A stretch of 50,404 nucleotides of DNA from NCBI RefSeq assembly GCF_001194135.2, contig NC_069003.1:13259894-13310297 (forward strand), in the 5' to 3' direction. This document shows, piece after piece, positions 25,030 to 37,464 of the stretch. Position 1 is the stretch's first letter, and each line of letters opens with the position of its first letter. Made by a program: the position numbers and the translations under genes. The notes under the pieces are model-generated. The model saw nothing but the letters and a program-made list of their open reading frames with translations. It ran no database searches and had not been told where the DNA came from. This DNA is from Octopus bimaculoides (Eukaryota).

Positions 25030-25317
25030 GTAGCACCTATACAGTAACTATAAAGAATATTCTTGTATAATGGTATCTATAAATTCATCAACTTAAAGCT
25101 ATTGTGCTGTGTAGAAACAAATGTTGTGATCTACTATGAAAGCCTGGTATCTTCCATCTTTATGTTATTAATCTTATGCAAAGAGAAGTTCCACATGTGC
25201 ATCCAGTCCTGGAATATACCCAACTGTAGGATAACATGTGGTAGCTAAATAACAACACAAGAGCTCTTAAATGCATGTTATGAGGTTTCTATCCAAATTA
25301 TACTAAATATATAACAA

Positions 25318-25352
<35 letters not shown>

Positions 25353-25375
25353 CATGCATACACATTCAATCACAA

Positions 25376-25507
25376 ATTCAATCACAAAGCTTCGGTCGGC
25401 CTACGGCTATAGCAGAAGACACTTGCCCAAGGTGCCACGCGGTGGGGCTGAACCTAAAACCATGTAGCTGGGAAGCAAGCCTCCTAACCACACAGCCATG
25501 CCCATGC
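25376..25507 (-). mobile_element. SINE family A head
   Basis: gaagacacttgcccaaggtgccacgcggtggggctgaacc...ccacacagccatg. Confidence 0.85.
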
Positions 25508-26060
25508 CTGTTTTAAATTAGCAGAGAGTTACAAAAGTGACTTGAGGGCCAAGAGTTTCGTACATATCCTTGCTTCAGAGCTATGAACAAAACTCTCGAC
25601 CCAGGAGTCACTTTTGAAATTTTCTGGCAATTGAAAGATATTGACAAAGTCTATAGAGACAAACAGACAGACAGACAGTCAGTCAGGCAGGCAGAGAGAG
25701 AGTGAGAGAGAAGTAAAAAGAAAGAAAGAAAGAAAGCTAATATTCCTTTCTTTAAGGTGTTTTTATCATAAACATGGTAATCTAACCTGCCTGCTTTTTT
25801 TTATTAACTAACCCCTTTCTTGTCTAATATCTGCAACCCTGTCCCTCTTCTCCCAAACAATAGAATCACTTTTCCCTCTGAAGTAAACAACATTTATTTT
25901 GCAGTCTTTCCATGTGGTGGATTGGTAGTAATAGATGTAAGTTGAAATCTCACTCAGGTCAATCAACTTATGAACTTCCTTCCTAGTTTGATAGAATGAA
26001 ATAAAATACAGTGAAGTATACTAAGATTGACTTTAATCGACATTACAGCTTCATTTCAAG

Positions 26061-26061
<1 letters not shown>

Positions 26062-26116
<55 letters not shown>
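26062..26116. repeat. (CA)n microsatellite
   Basis: Perfect dinucleotide run. Confidence 0.95.
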
Positions 26117-26117
<1 letters not shown>

Positions 26118-26240
26118 CATCTGTGTTAAAGTAAAACTTATATTGGCATGCCATAACTTACATTAGTGAATTGATTTCAAGACATGTGACATAACTCAAA
26201 AGATGACAAACAATATTTTTAAAAACTTTATTAGTATAGA

Positions 26241-26656
26241 GGCACAGACATGGCTGTGTAGTAAGAACTTTACTTCTGAACCATATGGTTCTGGGTTCAA
26301 TCCCACTGGATGGCACCTTGGGCAAGTGTCTTCTACTAAAGCCTTGGGCCAGCCGAAGACTTGTGAGTGGATTTGATAGACAGAAACAAAGCTGTTGTAC
26401 ATACATATATATAGAGAGAGACAGACAGACAGATGTGTGTGTGTCTGTCTGTCCCCCATCACCCCCTTGACAACATGTGTGTGTGCATGTGGTTTACATC
26501 CCCATAACTTAGCAATTTGGCAAAAGAGACTGATAGAATAAGGCTTAAAAACAAATAAGTACTGGGGGGGTTCGATTCATTTCACTAAAATTTCTCAAGG
26601 TGGTGCCCCAGCATGGCCTCAGCCTAATGACAGAAACAAGTAAAAGATAAAAGATA
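26241..26656 (+). mobile_element. Full-length SINE family A
   Basis: Head, internal microsatellite and AAAAGAT tail as in 23476-23879. Confidence 0.88.
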
Positions 26657-27059
26657 TCTGTTTTGATAAATGATTTGTACATATTTTCACTTGTNNNNNN
26701 NNNNNNNNNNNNNNNNNNNNNNNNNNNNNNNNNNNNNNNNNNNNNNNNNNNNNNNNNNNNNNNNNNNNNNNNNNNNNNNNNNNNNNNNNNNNNNNNNNNN
26801 NNNNNNNNNNNNNNNNNNNNNNNNNNNNNNNNNNNNNNNNNNNNNNNNNNNNNNNNNNNNNNNNNNNNNNNNNNNNNNNNNNNNNNNNNNNNAAATCAGT
26901 TGGAAGCTGAGGTTTATTTTCCCAGTTCATTTCTTAAAAAAATTAAATGTTATGACAAAAATGACTCTCAAGTTTGTGAAAGTGAAAGTAAATTTCTACT
27001 TTGTCAGAGTGTTCTCCAGTTTAACGGGCAAAAGGTTTTTCATGTGCAGAGTGAAAGTT

Positions 27060-27469
27060 ACTCTCTTTTTTACTCTCTTTTACTTGTTTCAGTCATTTGA
27101 CTGCGGCCATGCTGGAGTACCGCCTTTAGTCGAGCAAATCGACCCCAGGACTTATTCTTTGGAAGCCTAGTACTTATTCTATCGGTTTCTTTTGCTGAAC
27201 TGCTAAGTTACGGGGACGCAAACATACCAGCATCGGTTGTCAAGCGATGTTGGTGGGACAAACACAGACACACAAACTCACACATACATATATACATATA
27301 CATATATACGATGGATTTCTTTCAGTTTCCGTCTACCAAATCCACTCACAAGGCTTTGGTCAGCCCAAGGCTATAGTAGAAGACACTTGCCCAAGGTGCC
27401 ACGCAGTGGGACTGAACCCGAAACCATGTGGTTGGTAAGCAAGCTACTTACCACACAGCCACTTCTGCA
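27060..27469 (-). mobile_element. Full-length, well-preserved SINE family A
   Basis: High identity to 23476-23879 and 40775-41062, with CpGs retained. Confidence 0.9.
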
Positions 27470-27690
27470 CCTAAAGTTCTATATATATTTTTTAAAATAG
27501 AAAATAATGAAAAAATATACTGATATTTAAATAATTATTTAAATGATATCAATTTTGTTAGTGACATCCCAACCACTGATTTGAATTTTAGTTGGAATGA
27601 AATATTTACAGCATGAAAGGCATATTATTAGCCATTCAAAAACATCTAAAGACTGTTGACACTGATGTTGATTTAATCAACTTAGACTAC

Positions 27691-27847
27691 AGGCTTCTTT
27701 CAGTTTCCACTTACCAAATCAACTCACAAGACTTTGGTTAACCTGGAGCTATAGTAGAAGACACTTGCCCAAGGTGCCATGCAGTGGAACTGAACTTTAA
27801 AACTATGTAGTTAAGAAGCAAACTTCTTACTACACAGCCATGCCTGT
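27691..27847 (-). mobile_element. SINE family A head
   Basis: Same head sequence as other family A copies. Confidence 0.85.
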
Positions 27848-28974
27848 GCATATATAGAGATTATGTTTGAGGACATTCTAAAAATTTTTGGAAACCTGTT
27901 TTGGTTTAACTTTCATGAAATAGGCGCTACTACATCCATAGCCCAAATGGAAGAGGATCCTTTTAAAGTGGTGACAGTTAAGATGTTTGTAGGAGCTGGA
28001 CTACCAGCATGGAGATAGCTCATTTTGTTAGAGCTTGTCACAAACATTTTCATTAAGAACACATATTTCCCTCAAACTTGCTGACGTTATGCCAAAACTT
28101 GAAACCAATATTCTCAGATGAAATAAGTTTTGTGTGATGTCATGTATGTCACTCTTTCTAGAGCCTCTTCAAAAAATTCAATATTTTACATTCCGAGTAA
28201 AGAAATAAGAAAAAATCTTTTTCTTTAATACTTGCCTGGTTTGTCAAACTTTACTGTGAAAGATGAATCAATACAATTCTTGTAAAAGTTCAGGATTTAC
28301 AACTTATATATTTCGTAATTTGTGTTAATGACTGTCATGTATGTCACACAAGAATGGCCCAGTAAATTCTCATTTCTACCGAATTGTTTAGAACAAGTGA
28401 TGAAACAAAAGAATGCCTAACAGTAATGCTACACATGGGGTGCTTACCTCTAACTCTAAGGAAAAGGGTAAACCCATTGGGGTTCCTCCTTTCAATCCTA
28501 GAAAATCCCAATGCCTCCAGAATTGTGAGTGGTGTTTACAATGGCTAGAAATCGTTTTATAATTAAATTTACTCTAGTATAGTTTGCTGGAAGCATATAC
28601 AGACAATGGACAAATAAAATCAGTGAAGTATTAAACTAAATATGGTATTTAGTTTCATTTTTTTTATGTTCTGAAAATCAAGATCAGCAAACAATATCTG
28701 TAGTCACAATTTATATTTACTTGGTGTGATGTGTGACAAAGACAGATGTGATGTGACAAAGTTTCATGTTAAACACAGTTCTATGTAGATCTGGAGGAAA
28801 TTGTCTCAGTATTGACATCTGATCACAAATGAACCATTTCAGCAGACCTTTACAGGCATATAGTGATCTTTCTGGACATACTAAAAATTTTTGAAAACCT
28901 GTTTTGGTTTAACTTTCTTAAGAATCACCCTTTGAATGCTTAATTCTTAATTTCTGGAAATTATTATTCCTCTG

Positions 28975-29098
28975 CAGTTAACTTTACCTTTTATTCTTTC
29001 AGGGTTGATAAAATAAGTACCACTTGAGCACTGGGGTCAGTGTAATCAACTTACCCACTCCCCAAAATTGCTGGCCTTGTACCAAAATTTGAAACCAA
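28975..29098 (+). mobile_element. SINE family B 3' part
   Basis: gttgataaaataagtaccacttgagcactggggtc...gccttgtaccaaaatttgaaacc. Confidence 0.8.
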
Positions 29099-29547
29099 TT
29101 TCTGAAAATTATCTCCCCTTAATCTTTCACAATTGTTTACAGTGGCCTCCAAATTTGGTTTCTCTCACAAACTAAAATTGAAAAATTCCAACTAAGAAAT
29201 TTTTCACCTTTTGCATTTAGTAAATCACCATTTAACTTAATCATCCACATTCATGCTACAGGTCAATAAAAGTTATTTTAGCTCTTCTTTATTTCCAGTA
29301 ATGCAATTTAGATTGACTAGCAATTATTTGTAATGTAGAGCAATGATTCTGAAACGAGCAAGTACCAGGTCTTACCCTAACCCCACAAAAAATTGACTTT
29401 TTAGGCACCCTACCACCTCTTTGTTGTTTTTAACCATTCTGCATTTAAACCCAGTTATATCCAGCCCAAACATTCTACTTGCTTTACATTCAAATTGGCC
29501 AGATCCAGTCTTTCACACCTTTCCTCAATATATCGTTCTAAAAATAA

Positions 29548-29712
29548 GCATGGCTATGTGGTAAGAAGCTTGCTTCGAAACCATATGGTTCTGGGTTCAG
29601 TTCCACTACATGGCACCTGGGGGAAGTGTCTTCTAATATAGCTTCGAGCTAACCAAAGCTTTCTGAGTTGATTTTATAGACAGAAACTGAAAGAAGCCTG
29701 TTGTATATATGT
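29548..29712 (+). mobile_element. SINE family A head, adjoining a truncated MITE fragment
   Basis: gcatggctatgtggtaagaagc...cagaaactgaaagaagcc. Confidence 0.8.
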
Positions 29713-29904
29713 ATATGTTTGTTCTGTTGTCTGTAAACAAAATCCGTTTTGTTTTTATGCTCCCGTTCATTTTTCTAACATCCTGCACCCGAATATGCAT
29801 CTATATATACATGTAGATGTAGATATACATGCATATGCTTATATATCATTTTATTTATATATATATATAGATAGATAGATAGATAGATAGAGAGATAGAG
29901 AGAT

Positions 29905-30075
29905 AGGTATAGGGAGAATTCACAAAAAAGCAACAAAAGACGAAGACAGGTGGTGTAGACAACAAACAGATGTATTAGTTTAATGCTTGGGAAATGAAAA
30001 AGTCTTTAATGTTTCAAGCATACGCTCTTCCACAGAAAGGAACACAGAAAGAAACAGGGCAAGAAAATAAAGAAT
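29905..30075 (-). mobile_element. Penelope-like terminal fragment, family P2, with degenerate hammerhead motif
   Basis: Homologous to 40350-40510. Carries CTTT-CTGTGGA-A-GAGC gtat GCTT-GAAAC-ATT-AAAG on the minus strand. Confidence 0.55.
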
Positions 30076-30164
30076 GCATAATGGCTAGCGATCTATCATG
30101 GCGAATACCAGACAGAGGGGTCACACCCTTTGCCCACCCACTTCATTTATTGTTTCTAATTTTG

Positions 30165-30670
30165 GCACAAGGCCAGCAATTCTGGGAAGAAGATGAGTTA
30201 GTTGATTATACTGACCCCCAATGCTTTGCTGGTATTTTATTTTATCGATCCTTGAAGGATGAAAGGCAAAGCTGACTTCAGTGGGATATGAACTCAGAAG
30301 CCAGCAATTCTAAGAAGAAGGGTTAGTTGATTATATTGACTTCCCCTTCCCCAATATTTTACTGGTATTTTATTTTATTGGTCCCTGAAGGGTGAAAGGC
30401 AAAGATGACTTCAGTGGGACTTGAACTCAGAACATAAAGTACTGGAATATCCAATGCTCCAATAATTCTTACCTCCACACCATCCTCCCCATATCTGTTA
30501 TGTCTGATATTGGCAGAAGGACAGCAATTTTGAGGAGAGGTGAATTTCCATCTATACCATCGACCACAATACTCAACTGGTACTTTTTAATTTACAGACA
30601 CTCCTATTGCCCCTGGAGGAGACGAAAAGCAGAGTTAACTTTGGTAGGATTTGAACTCAGAACATAGTCA
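30165..30670 (-). mobile_element. Three consecutive SINE family B copies
   Basis: Repeated ggatgaaaggcaaag..gact...ggga.ttgaactcagaa (family B reverse complement). Confidence 0.75.
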
Positions 30671-30844
30671 AACCTGGAATAAATGTCACAAGGCAAATAT
30701 GGCTTGTACCCATATAAATCATGTTTTACTTTTTTTCTCCATGAAACTTGGTAAACATTTTAGTCATATTAAACATCATAATTTGTTGTCCGTCTGCCCC
30801 CCCCCCACTACTTCTTGATCCTCACAGGTATTGCTATCAACACC

Positions 30845-31053
30845 ACCATTACCACCACCACTACCGCACGCAACCACCTCATCATCGTCATCAACACCAT
30901 CAGCACCACAAATATTACCACTGCTTGCCACTACCACTACCACCACTATCACCACCACCACCATCAACCTACCACCACCATCAACCTACCACCACCATCA
31001 ACCTACCACCACCATCAACCTACCACTACCATCAACCTACCACTACCATCAAC
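30845..31053. repeat. (CCA/CAT) low-complexity run ending in a 17-bp minisatellite x5.5
   Basis: CCATCAACCTACCAC(C/T)A units start at 30961, 30978, 30995, 31012, 31029 and 31046 (partial). Confidence 0.9.
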
Positions 31054-31327
31054 ATGTGAGAATCAAACTAAGAGGACATATCGCTTTTCTTTTTCTTTTT
31101 TTCATAAAATGTCAAGAAGCTGTGAAGAATGACTGGAAGCAGACGAAAGTAATCCCACTGACACCATTTAGTGGCGGTGGTGGTGGCGGCAGTGGCGGAT
31201 GTACTTGTTGATGGTTACCTACAAGTTTAACCCTACCCAGTCCAGTAAATCTATAAAATCTATGGTTAAAAACAATCCAACCATGAGCGTCTCATTTTTT
31301 TTTTCCTACTTCACTTTTCTATAACTT

Positions 31328-31830
31328 CTATCTTTTATGTTGTTTCAGTCATTAGACAGCAGCCATGTTGGAGGCACCACCTAGAACGGTTTTAGCTGAA
31401 ATATAAACCCCCAACCACCTTGTACTTATTTTTAAGCCTGGTGCTTATTCTATCGATCATGTTTGCTGAACCGTTAAGTTATGGGGACGTAAAACAAAAG
31501 CAAGCCAACACCGGTTATCCAGTAATGCACGCTCACACACACACACACACACATGCATATATTCTCATTCTTTTACATGTTTCAGCCCAAAGGTTGTGGC
31601 TATGCTGGAGCACCGCCAGTGTAATCACCTATTCAGTGACCAATCTTATGTGCATATATATATATATATATGACGGGCTCCTTTCAGTTTCCATCTACCA
31701 TATTTACACACGAGGCTTTGGTCTGCCAGGGGCTATAATGGAAGACAGTTGCCCAAGGTGCCGTGTAGCTGAACTGAACCCAAGACTAAACAAGCTGGAA
31801 GCAAGTTTCTTACCACATTGCTACGCCTGC
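31328..31830 (-). mobile_element. Diverged SINE family A with expanded (CA)n/(TA)n
   Basis: Tail, central and head modules are recognisable in order. Confidence 0.7.
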
Positions 31831-32124
31831 GCCTATGTATATAGGGCACCATATTATCATCCCTTTAAAATAAAATCAAAACGGTATGGTATGAACTGAA
31901 GGAAATCTGGCTGCTATTTCTACCAAACCCGAGTTCCCGCCACTGACTCGATTACAAGCATGTAAAAGCAGCAGCAGCAGCAACAACAGCAGTAGTTGTA
32001 GCAGATGGGATTTTGTTATACTATCTGCCTGGGGCCATTTCGCGCATAAGTTTCTTTGACATTTCATGAAAGACAAGAAGGAGGTAGGCTCCCTAAGGTA
32101 CACACACATGGAGACTGCTCTGGC

Positions 32125-32240
32125 TAGCTGGCTGGCTGGTTGGCTGGTTGATTGGTTAGCTTGTTGGCTGGTTAGTCGGTTGGGTACTGGCTTGCTGGCT
32201 GGTTTACTGGTTGGTTGGTTAGTTGATTGGTTGGCTGTTT
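32125..32240. repeat. (TGGY)n degenerate tetranucleotide repeat
   Basis: ggctggctggttggctggttgattggttag... Confidence 0.85.
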
Positions 32241-32665
32241 AGGCTACTAATGCTTCGCGAATGTTCTAGAATCTAGATTATAACATAAAGAAATTTTTAA
32301 ATTCCAAGGTTTTAATATTTCATTCACAAGGCAGGAGTTACAGGAACCAGTAGTAGTAGTAGTAATGGTGGTAACAACGGTGATGATGGGGGTGGGGTGA
32401 TGTAGGCGTTATTACCAATATAGCAGGAATGGTGTTCTGTGTTATATGTTGATGCATGTGTGTGTGCATACTCCTACCGACTACCAAAATGAGACAGGTC
32501 ATCTTGGTCAGGGTTCGCCAAGTTTACATCAACAACAGCAACAACAATAAGACTAGAACCTTTAGTGACAACTCCGGTGTAATGCTAAAAAAAGGTTCAT
32601 ATAACATAATTGTTATATCTGCTTATTCTGAGCAAAACTTGATTCTGATATTGTTGTAATTTAAC

Positions 32666-32942
32666 CACTGGCTCGGGAACGAAATTTCCTAGTGGGAGGA
32701 TGAAAACTCAAGAATAATTTTTTTTTTTTTTGCAAACAAGGTTTTATTGCTTTTTTAAAAATTTATTTTTGTTCTTTGTTCTTTGAGAAGAAACCTAACT
32801 TCAAGCTACTTTTTATATATCTTTTTACCCACTGGTTTCTAAACTTAAGAAAAATAAGTAGAAGTGCAAATTTGATTTTGCACCCCCAGAAAATTTTAGG
32901 AGGTGCACTTCCACCGCCTGCATTTCCTGTTCCCGGACCATG
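32666..32942. mobile_element. hAT-like MITE with 8-bp target-site duplication
   Basis: Termini CACTGGCTCGGGAAC ... GTTCCCGGACCATG. Flanks AATTTAAC and AGTTTAAC match at 7/8. Confidence 0.6.
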
Positions 32943-33066
32943 AGTTTAACCTTAGACTAAAGCTGACTGAGATAAATTTGCTCACGACCATTCAGGCTTG
33001 TTCTTACATATATACATGCATGAATACATACATACATGCATACATACATACACACATATACATACA

Positions 33067-34770
33067 TACATGATGATGGCCGTCCACTCGTGACTGAGGA
33101 AGACCATTGCCGACCTTCAGGAACATTGTGCACTCTAGGACTAACTTATATTTTGCATTTGCGGCTCTGTTGGTGGCTAATGAGCTCTGCTCTTGACAAG
33201 CATACACAACTGCAAACATTGCAGATTAAGCTTTCCCATTCACTATACGAGCCGTGCTCCTTGGTGCAGCTCGCTTAAGTTCTTCATGCTGGATACGTGC
33301 TCTCTCAAAAGTGTCGATCCCCTCCTTAACCTGCTTCCTCCATCCGTGGTGATGACAGGCATTGTTCTCCCAGTCAGTATCCTGCATATCACAGGCCTTT
33401 AATGAGGACTTGACACAGTCCTTAAAGTGCAGCCTTGGTTTCTGCCAGAGTCTCCTTCCATTCACAAGTTCTCCATAGAGCATCTGCTTAGGAATCCTGC
33501 TATCCTTCATTCTAATAAGGTGTCCAGTCCAACGTAACCGGTGCTTGTGCACCATCGCCTCAATACTCAAGATATCAGCTGTCCTCAGGATCTGTGTGTC
33601 TGGAATCTTTGAGGTCCAGCCAACATTGAGAATGTGTCTGAGACATCTCTGATGAAAGCGTTCAAGGACCCTTACCTGACGTTTGTACAGAGTCCATGTT
33701 TCACACGAGTAGAGAAGCAATGTCAGTACACATGCACGGTACACAGCAACTTTTGTTTGCCCTGCTATGCCATGCTGGGACCAGACACGAGACTGAAGAG
33801 ACCAGAAGGAATTAGTTGCTCTCTGCAACCTGGAAGATATTTCCTAATCCAGGGAGCAAGAACGGCTGAGTGTGCTGCCCAGGTAGACAAACTTGTCTAC
33901 GACCTTCAGAATTGTTCCTTCAACCAAGATAGCTGGTTTCACATATGGATTTCCTGGTGCAGGCTGGAACATTACAACAGTCTTGTCCAGGCTAATGCCA
34001 AGTCCAAATGCCTTGCAAGAAGCAGAAATACAATTCATGAGTATTTGCATGTCATCCACTGTATGAGTGACTAAGTCACAGTCATCTGCATAAAGGAGGT
34101 CACGAATAATAGACTGGAGAACCTTTNNNNNNNNNNNNNNNNNNNNNNNNNNNNNNNNNNNNNNNNNNNNNNNNNNNNNNNNNNNNNNNNNNNNNNNNNN
34201 NNNNNNNNNNNNNNNNNNNNNNNNNNNNNNNNNNNNNNNNNNNNNNNNNNNNNNNNNNNNNNNNNNNNNNNNNNNNNNNNNNNNNNNNNNNNNNNNNNNN
34301 NNNNNNNNNNNNNNNNNNNNNNNNNNNNNNNNNNNNNNNNNNNNNNNNNNNNNNNNNNNNNNNNNNNNNNNNNNNNNNNNNNNNNNNNNNNNNNNNNNNN
34401 NNNNNNNNNNNNNNNNNNNNNNNNNNNNNNNNNNNNNNNNNNNNNNNNNNNNNNNNNNNNNNNNNNNNNNNNNNNNNNNNNNNNNGTATTTTCCATAGAA
34501 AGGCTCTATTTACAGTATCAAAGGCCTTTGTTAAATCAATGAATACCTGGACAAGATCCATATTCTGCTCATAGCACTTCTCCTGCATCTGTCTTGCTGT
34601 GAAAATCATATCCATTGTCCCTCTACTAGATCGGAAGCCACATTGAGATTCAGATAGGACATCATTTACGAGACACCCATTCAGATGGGTAAGAAGAATA
34701 TTTGCCAGAACCTTGCGAGCAGCTGATAATAGAGCAATACCTCTGTAGTTACCACACATTGTTCTGGCCC
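33067..34770 (-). mobile_element. 5'-truncated, decayed RTE-clade LINE (reverse transcriptase, C-terminal domain, zinc finger, (CAT)n tail)
   Basis: CGNYRGIALLS, QCGFRSSRGTMDMIF, FIDLTKAFDTV, LYADD (YADD at 34092-34081), FVYLGS, LLYSCETW, RLRWTGHLIRM. In-frame TAG at 33844-33846, frameshift at ~33230, N-gap at ~34127-34485. Confidence 0.93.
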
Positions 34771-34844
34771 TCAGTCAAAACATCCAATCCATGCCAGCAT
34801 GGAAAGTGGGCATTAAACAACAACAATGATGATGATGATTATTA

Positions 34845-35210
34845 TTATTATCATTATTGTTGAGTGAGAAAGGAGCGCATGCCATCAAAGTGATGCTGGG
34901 GTACAAATATACAAAGCCCAATATACTCATTATGACTACCCATCTGATAAGGATGCAATAGGTACATGCATCACAACCATATGTGCATCACATGGTAACC
35001 TCACTTCAAGATAAACAGTACATGATTTTGCAGGTGGGACCCAGTTAGAACTTTCTTCAGGTTGAGTAGCCCAATCCGCTCAAAAGGTTCCTGATTAAGG
35101 GTGAAACACCTGTTTCCAGGGGTGAATTATTCAAACCCTAAAGAATCTCTCTTAACACATGGATATAAATTCTCCCACATTATTCCTGCTTGTGATCAGC
35201 TACTGGTTAT
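34845..35210 (-). mobile_element. Retroposon-like repeat (family D) with (AAT)n tail
   Basis: Non-coding segment ending in ctcactcaacaataatgataataat on the minus strand, between other retroelements. Recognised as a common octopus repeat from memory only. Confidence 0.45.
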
Positions 35211-35271
35211 GGTTATGGTTATTATTATTATTATTACTATTATTACTATTATTATTATTATTATTATTAAG

Positions 35272-36280
35272 GCAGTGAGCAGACAGAATTGTTAGCATGC
35301 CAGACAAAATGCTTGGTGGCATTTTGTCCGTTTTTAAGTTCTGAGTTCAAATTCCTCACAGGTTGACTTTGCCCTTCATCCTTTTAGGTCAATAAAATAA
35401 GTGCCAGCCAAGCACTGGGGTTGATGTAATCGACTTATCCCCTCCCCTGAACTTTCTGGCTTTGTGCCAAAATTTGAAATCATTATTATTTTTTGTAACT
35501 AGGGCAATGAATAAACAGAATCATTGGCATGGTGGGAAAAATGCTTAGTGGCATTTCGTCCATCTTCACATTCTAAGTTCAAATTCCACTGAGGTCAGCT
35601 TTGCTTTCATACTTTCGAGATTGATAAAATACGTATCAGTTGAACACTGGGGTCCATGTAATTAACTTACCCACTTCCCCAAATTGTTGGCCTTGTGCAA
35701 AAATTTGAAACCATTATTATCATTATTATTGTTATTATCATTTTATTATTTATCATTTTATTTTTTTAGGTTCTGAATCTTTGATGTCCAAAACCAAAAT
35801 CTGATTACCATAAAAGAGCATAATAATAATAAATAAAAACAAAACATTCTCACTTAAAACAATGAAGTAACTGACTTTGTACTTTGTTCACTTTTTTTTT
35901 TTATGGAGAGGTTTATTGTTTTTGTCTTGTGCTTTTGTTTGTCTTGTTTTCTGGCATCACGTGTTCTACCTGGATATTAATGTTACCTTGATATTAAGTG
36001 ACACTGATTACCCCCAATAAATAAACAAATAAATAAGTATATCAAATATGCTGAAATATTTATATGCATTTGAGTGCGAGCATGGCTGTGTGGTATGGTG
36101 TTTGATTTCCAATCACATTGTCCTGGATTAAATTTCACTGAGTATCACTTTGGGCAACTGTCTTCTACTATAACCCTAGGTCTACCAAATCTACCTTGTG
36201 AGTAGATTTGATAGACAAAAACTGGAGAAAGTTCATTGCATATATGCATGTATATTGATGTATGTCTGTGTGATTTTGTG

Positions 36281-36341
<61 letters not shown>

Positions 36342-36796
36342 TATTATTATTATTATCAAGATGATGAGCTGGGAGGATTGTTAGCACACAAAGCAAAAAG
36401 CTTAGAGGCATTTCATCCATCTTTATATTCTGAGTTCAAATCCTGCCAAGGTCAACTTTGCTTTCCATCTTTTCAGAATCAATAAAATAAGTACCAGTTG
36501 AATACTGAGGTTGATGAAATCAACTAACCCCCTTCCCCAAAATTGCTGGCCTTGTGCCAAAATTTGAAACTATTATTATAAGGTGGCAAGCAGGCAGAAT
36601 TGCTAGCATGCTGGGCAAAATGCTTAGCAGCATTTTGTCTGTCTCTACGTTCTGTATCCAAATTCAGCCGAGGTCATCTTCGCCTTTCATCCTTTCAGGG
36701 TCGATAAAACAAGTACCAGTTATGCACTGGGGTCGATGTAATCAATTTAATCCCTTCCTCTAAATTTTAGGCCTTGTGCCTACAGTAGAAAGGATG

Positions 36797-36867
<71 letters not shown>

Positions 36868-37092
36868 CAGCAGCAGCAGCAGCAGGCAGCAAGCTGGCAG
36901 AATCATTAGCACACCAGGCAAAAGGATTAGTGATATTTTGCCCACTGCTACATTCGTTCTAAGTTCAAATTCCACTGAGGTCAACTTTGCCTTTCATTCT
37001 TTTGGGGTGGATGAAATAAGTACCAGTTGAACACAAGGGTCGATGTAATCACTTTACCCCCTCCCCCAGAATTACTGGCCTTATGCCTATGA
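35272..37092 (+). mobile_element. Head-to-tail array of five SINE family B copies (plus one family A head at 36078-36250) separated by (ATT)n/(GTT)n tails
   Basis: Copies at ~35272, 35505, 36368, 36580 and 36890, each gcagaat..ttagca...gttcaaat...ctttgcctttcatcc...aagtaccag...gccttgtgcc. Confidence 0.85.
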
Positions 37093-37209
37093 GAGAAACA
37101 ATTATTGTTGTTGTTGTTGTTGTTACTATTGTTCATTTGCTGTATCCTTATCTGGAATCATATAAAAAGGGAAAATATTTTTTTGTAATCTTGAATCACT
37201 TTATCTCTT

Positions 37210-37410
37210 TTATCATCACCACTGCTACCACTACCATCACCACCACTACAGCTGCCTTCACTTCCATCATTACTATGACCACCCCACCACAACCAGCATC
37301 ATCATCACCACCACTACTGTCATTACTATACCACCACTGTCACCACCACTACTATTACCATCATCAGTACTGTCTCCATTATAACCATCACCATCAATTC
37401 AGTCCTCATC
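37210..37410. repeat. (CAC/CAT) low-complexity trinucleotide region
   Basis: Imperfect CAC/CAT/TAC runs. Confidence 0.85.
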
Positions 37411-37464
37411 ATCACATATGTGTGTATGTGTATATACATATATACATACATATATATGTATATA

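Noticed and set aside
23408-27500. Recurring ORF-track peptides such as DTCPRCHAVGLNP and RHLPKVPRSGTEP, suggesting a repeated small-protein family
   Set aside because: They are translations of SINE family A copies on either strand, with frames broken differently in each copy.
30961-31053. Short regular repeats (also 6997-7078) as a possible CRISPR array
   Set aside because: The units are contiguous with no unique spacers, in a eukaryotic context without cas genes.
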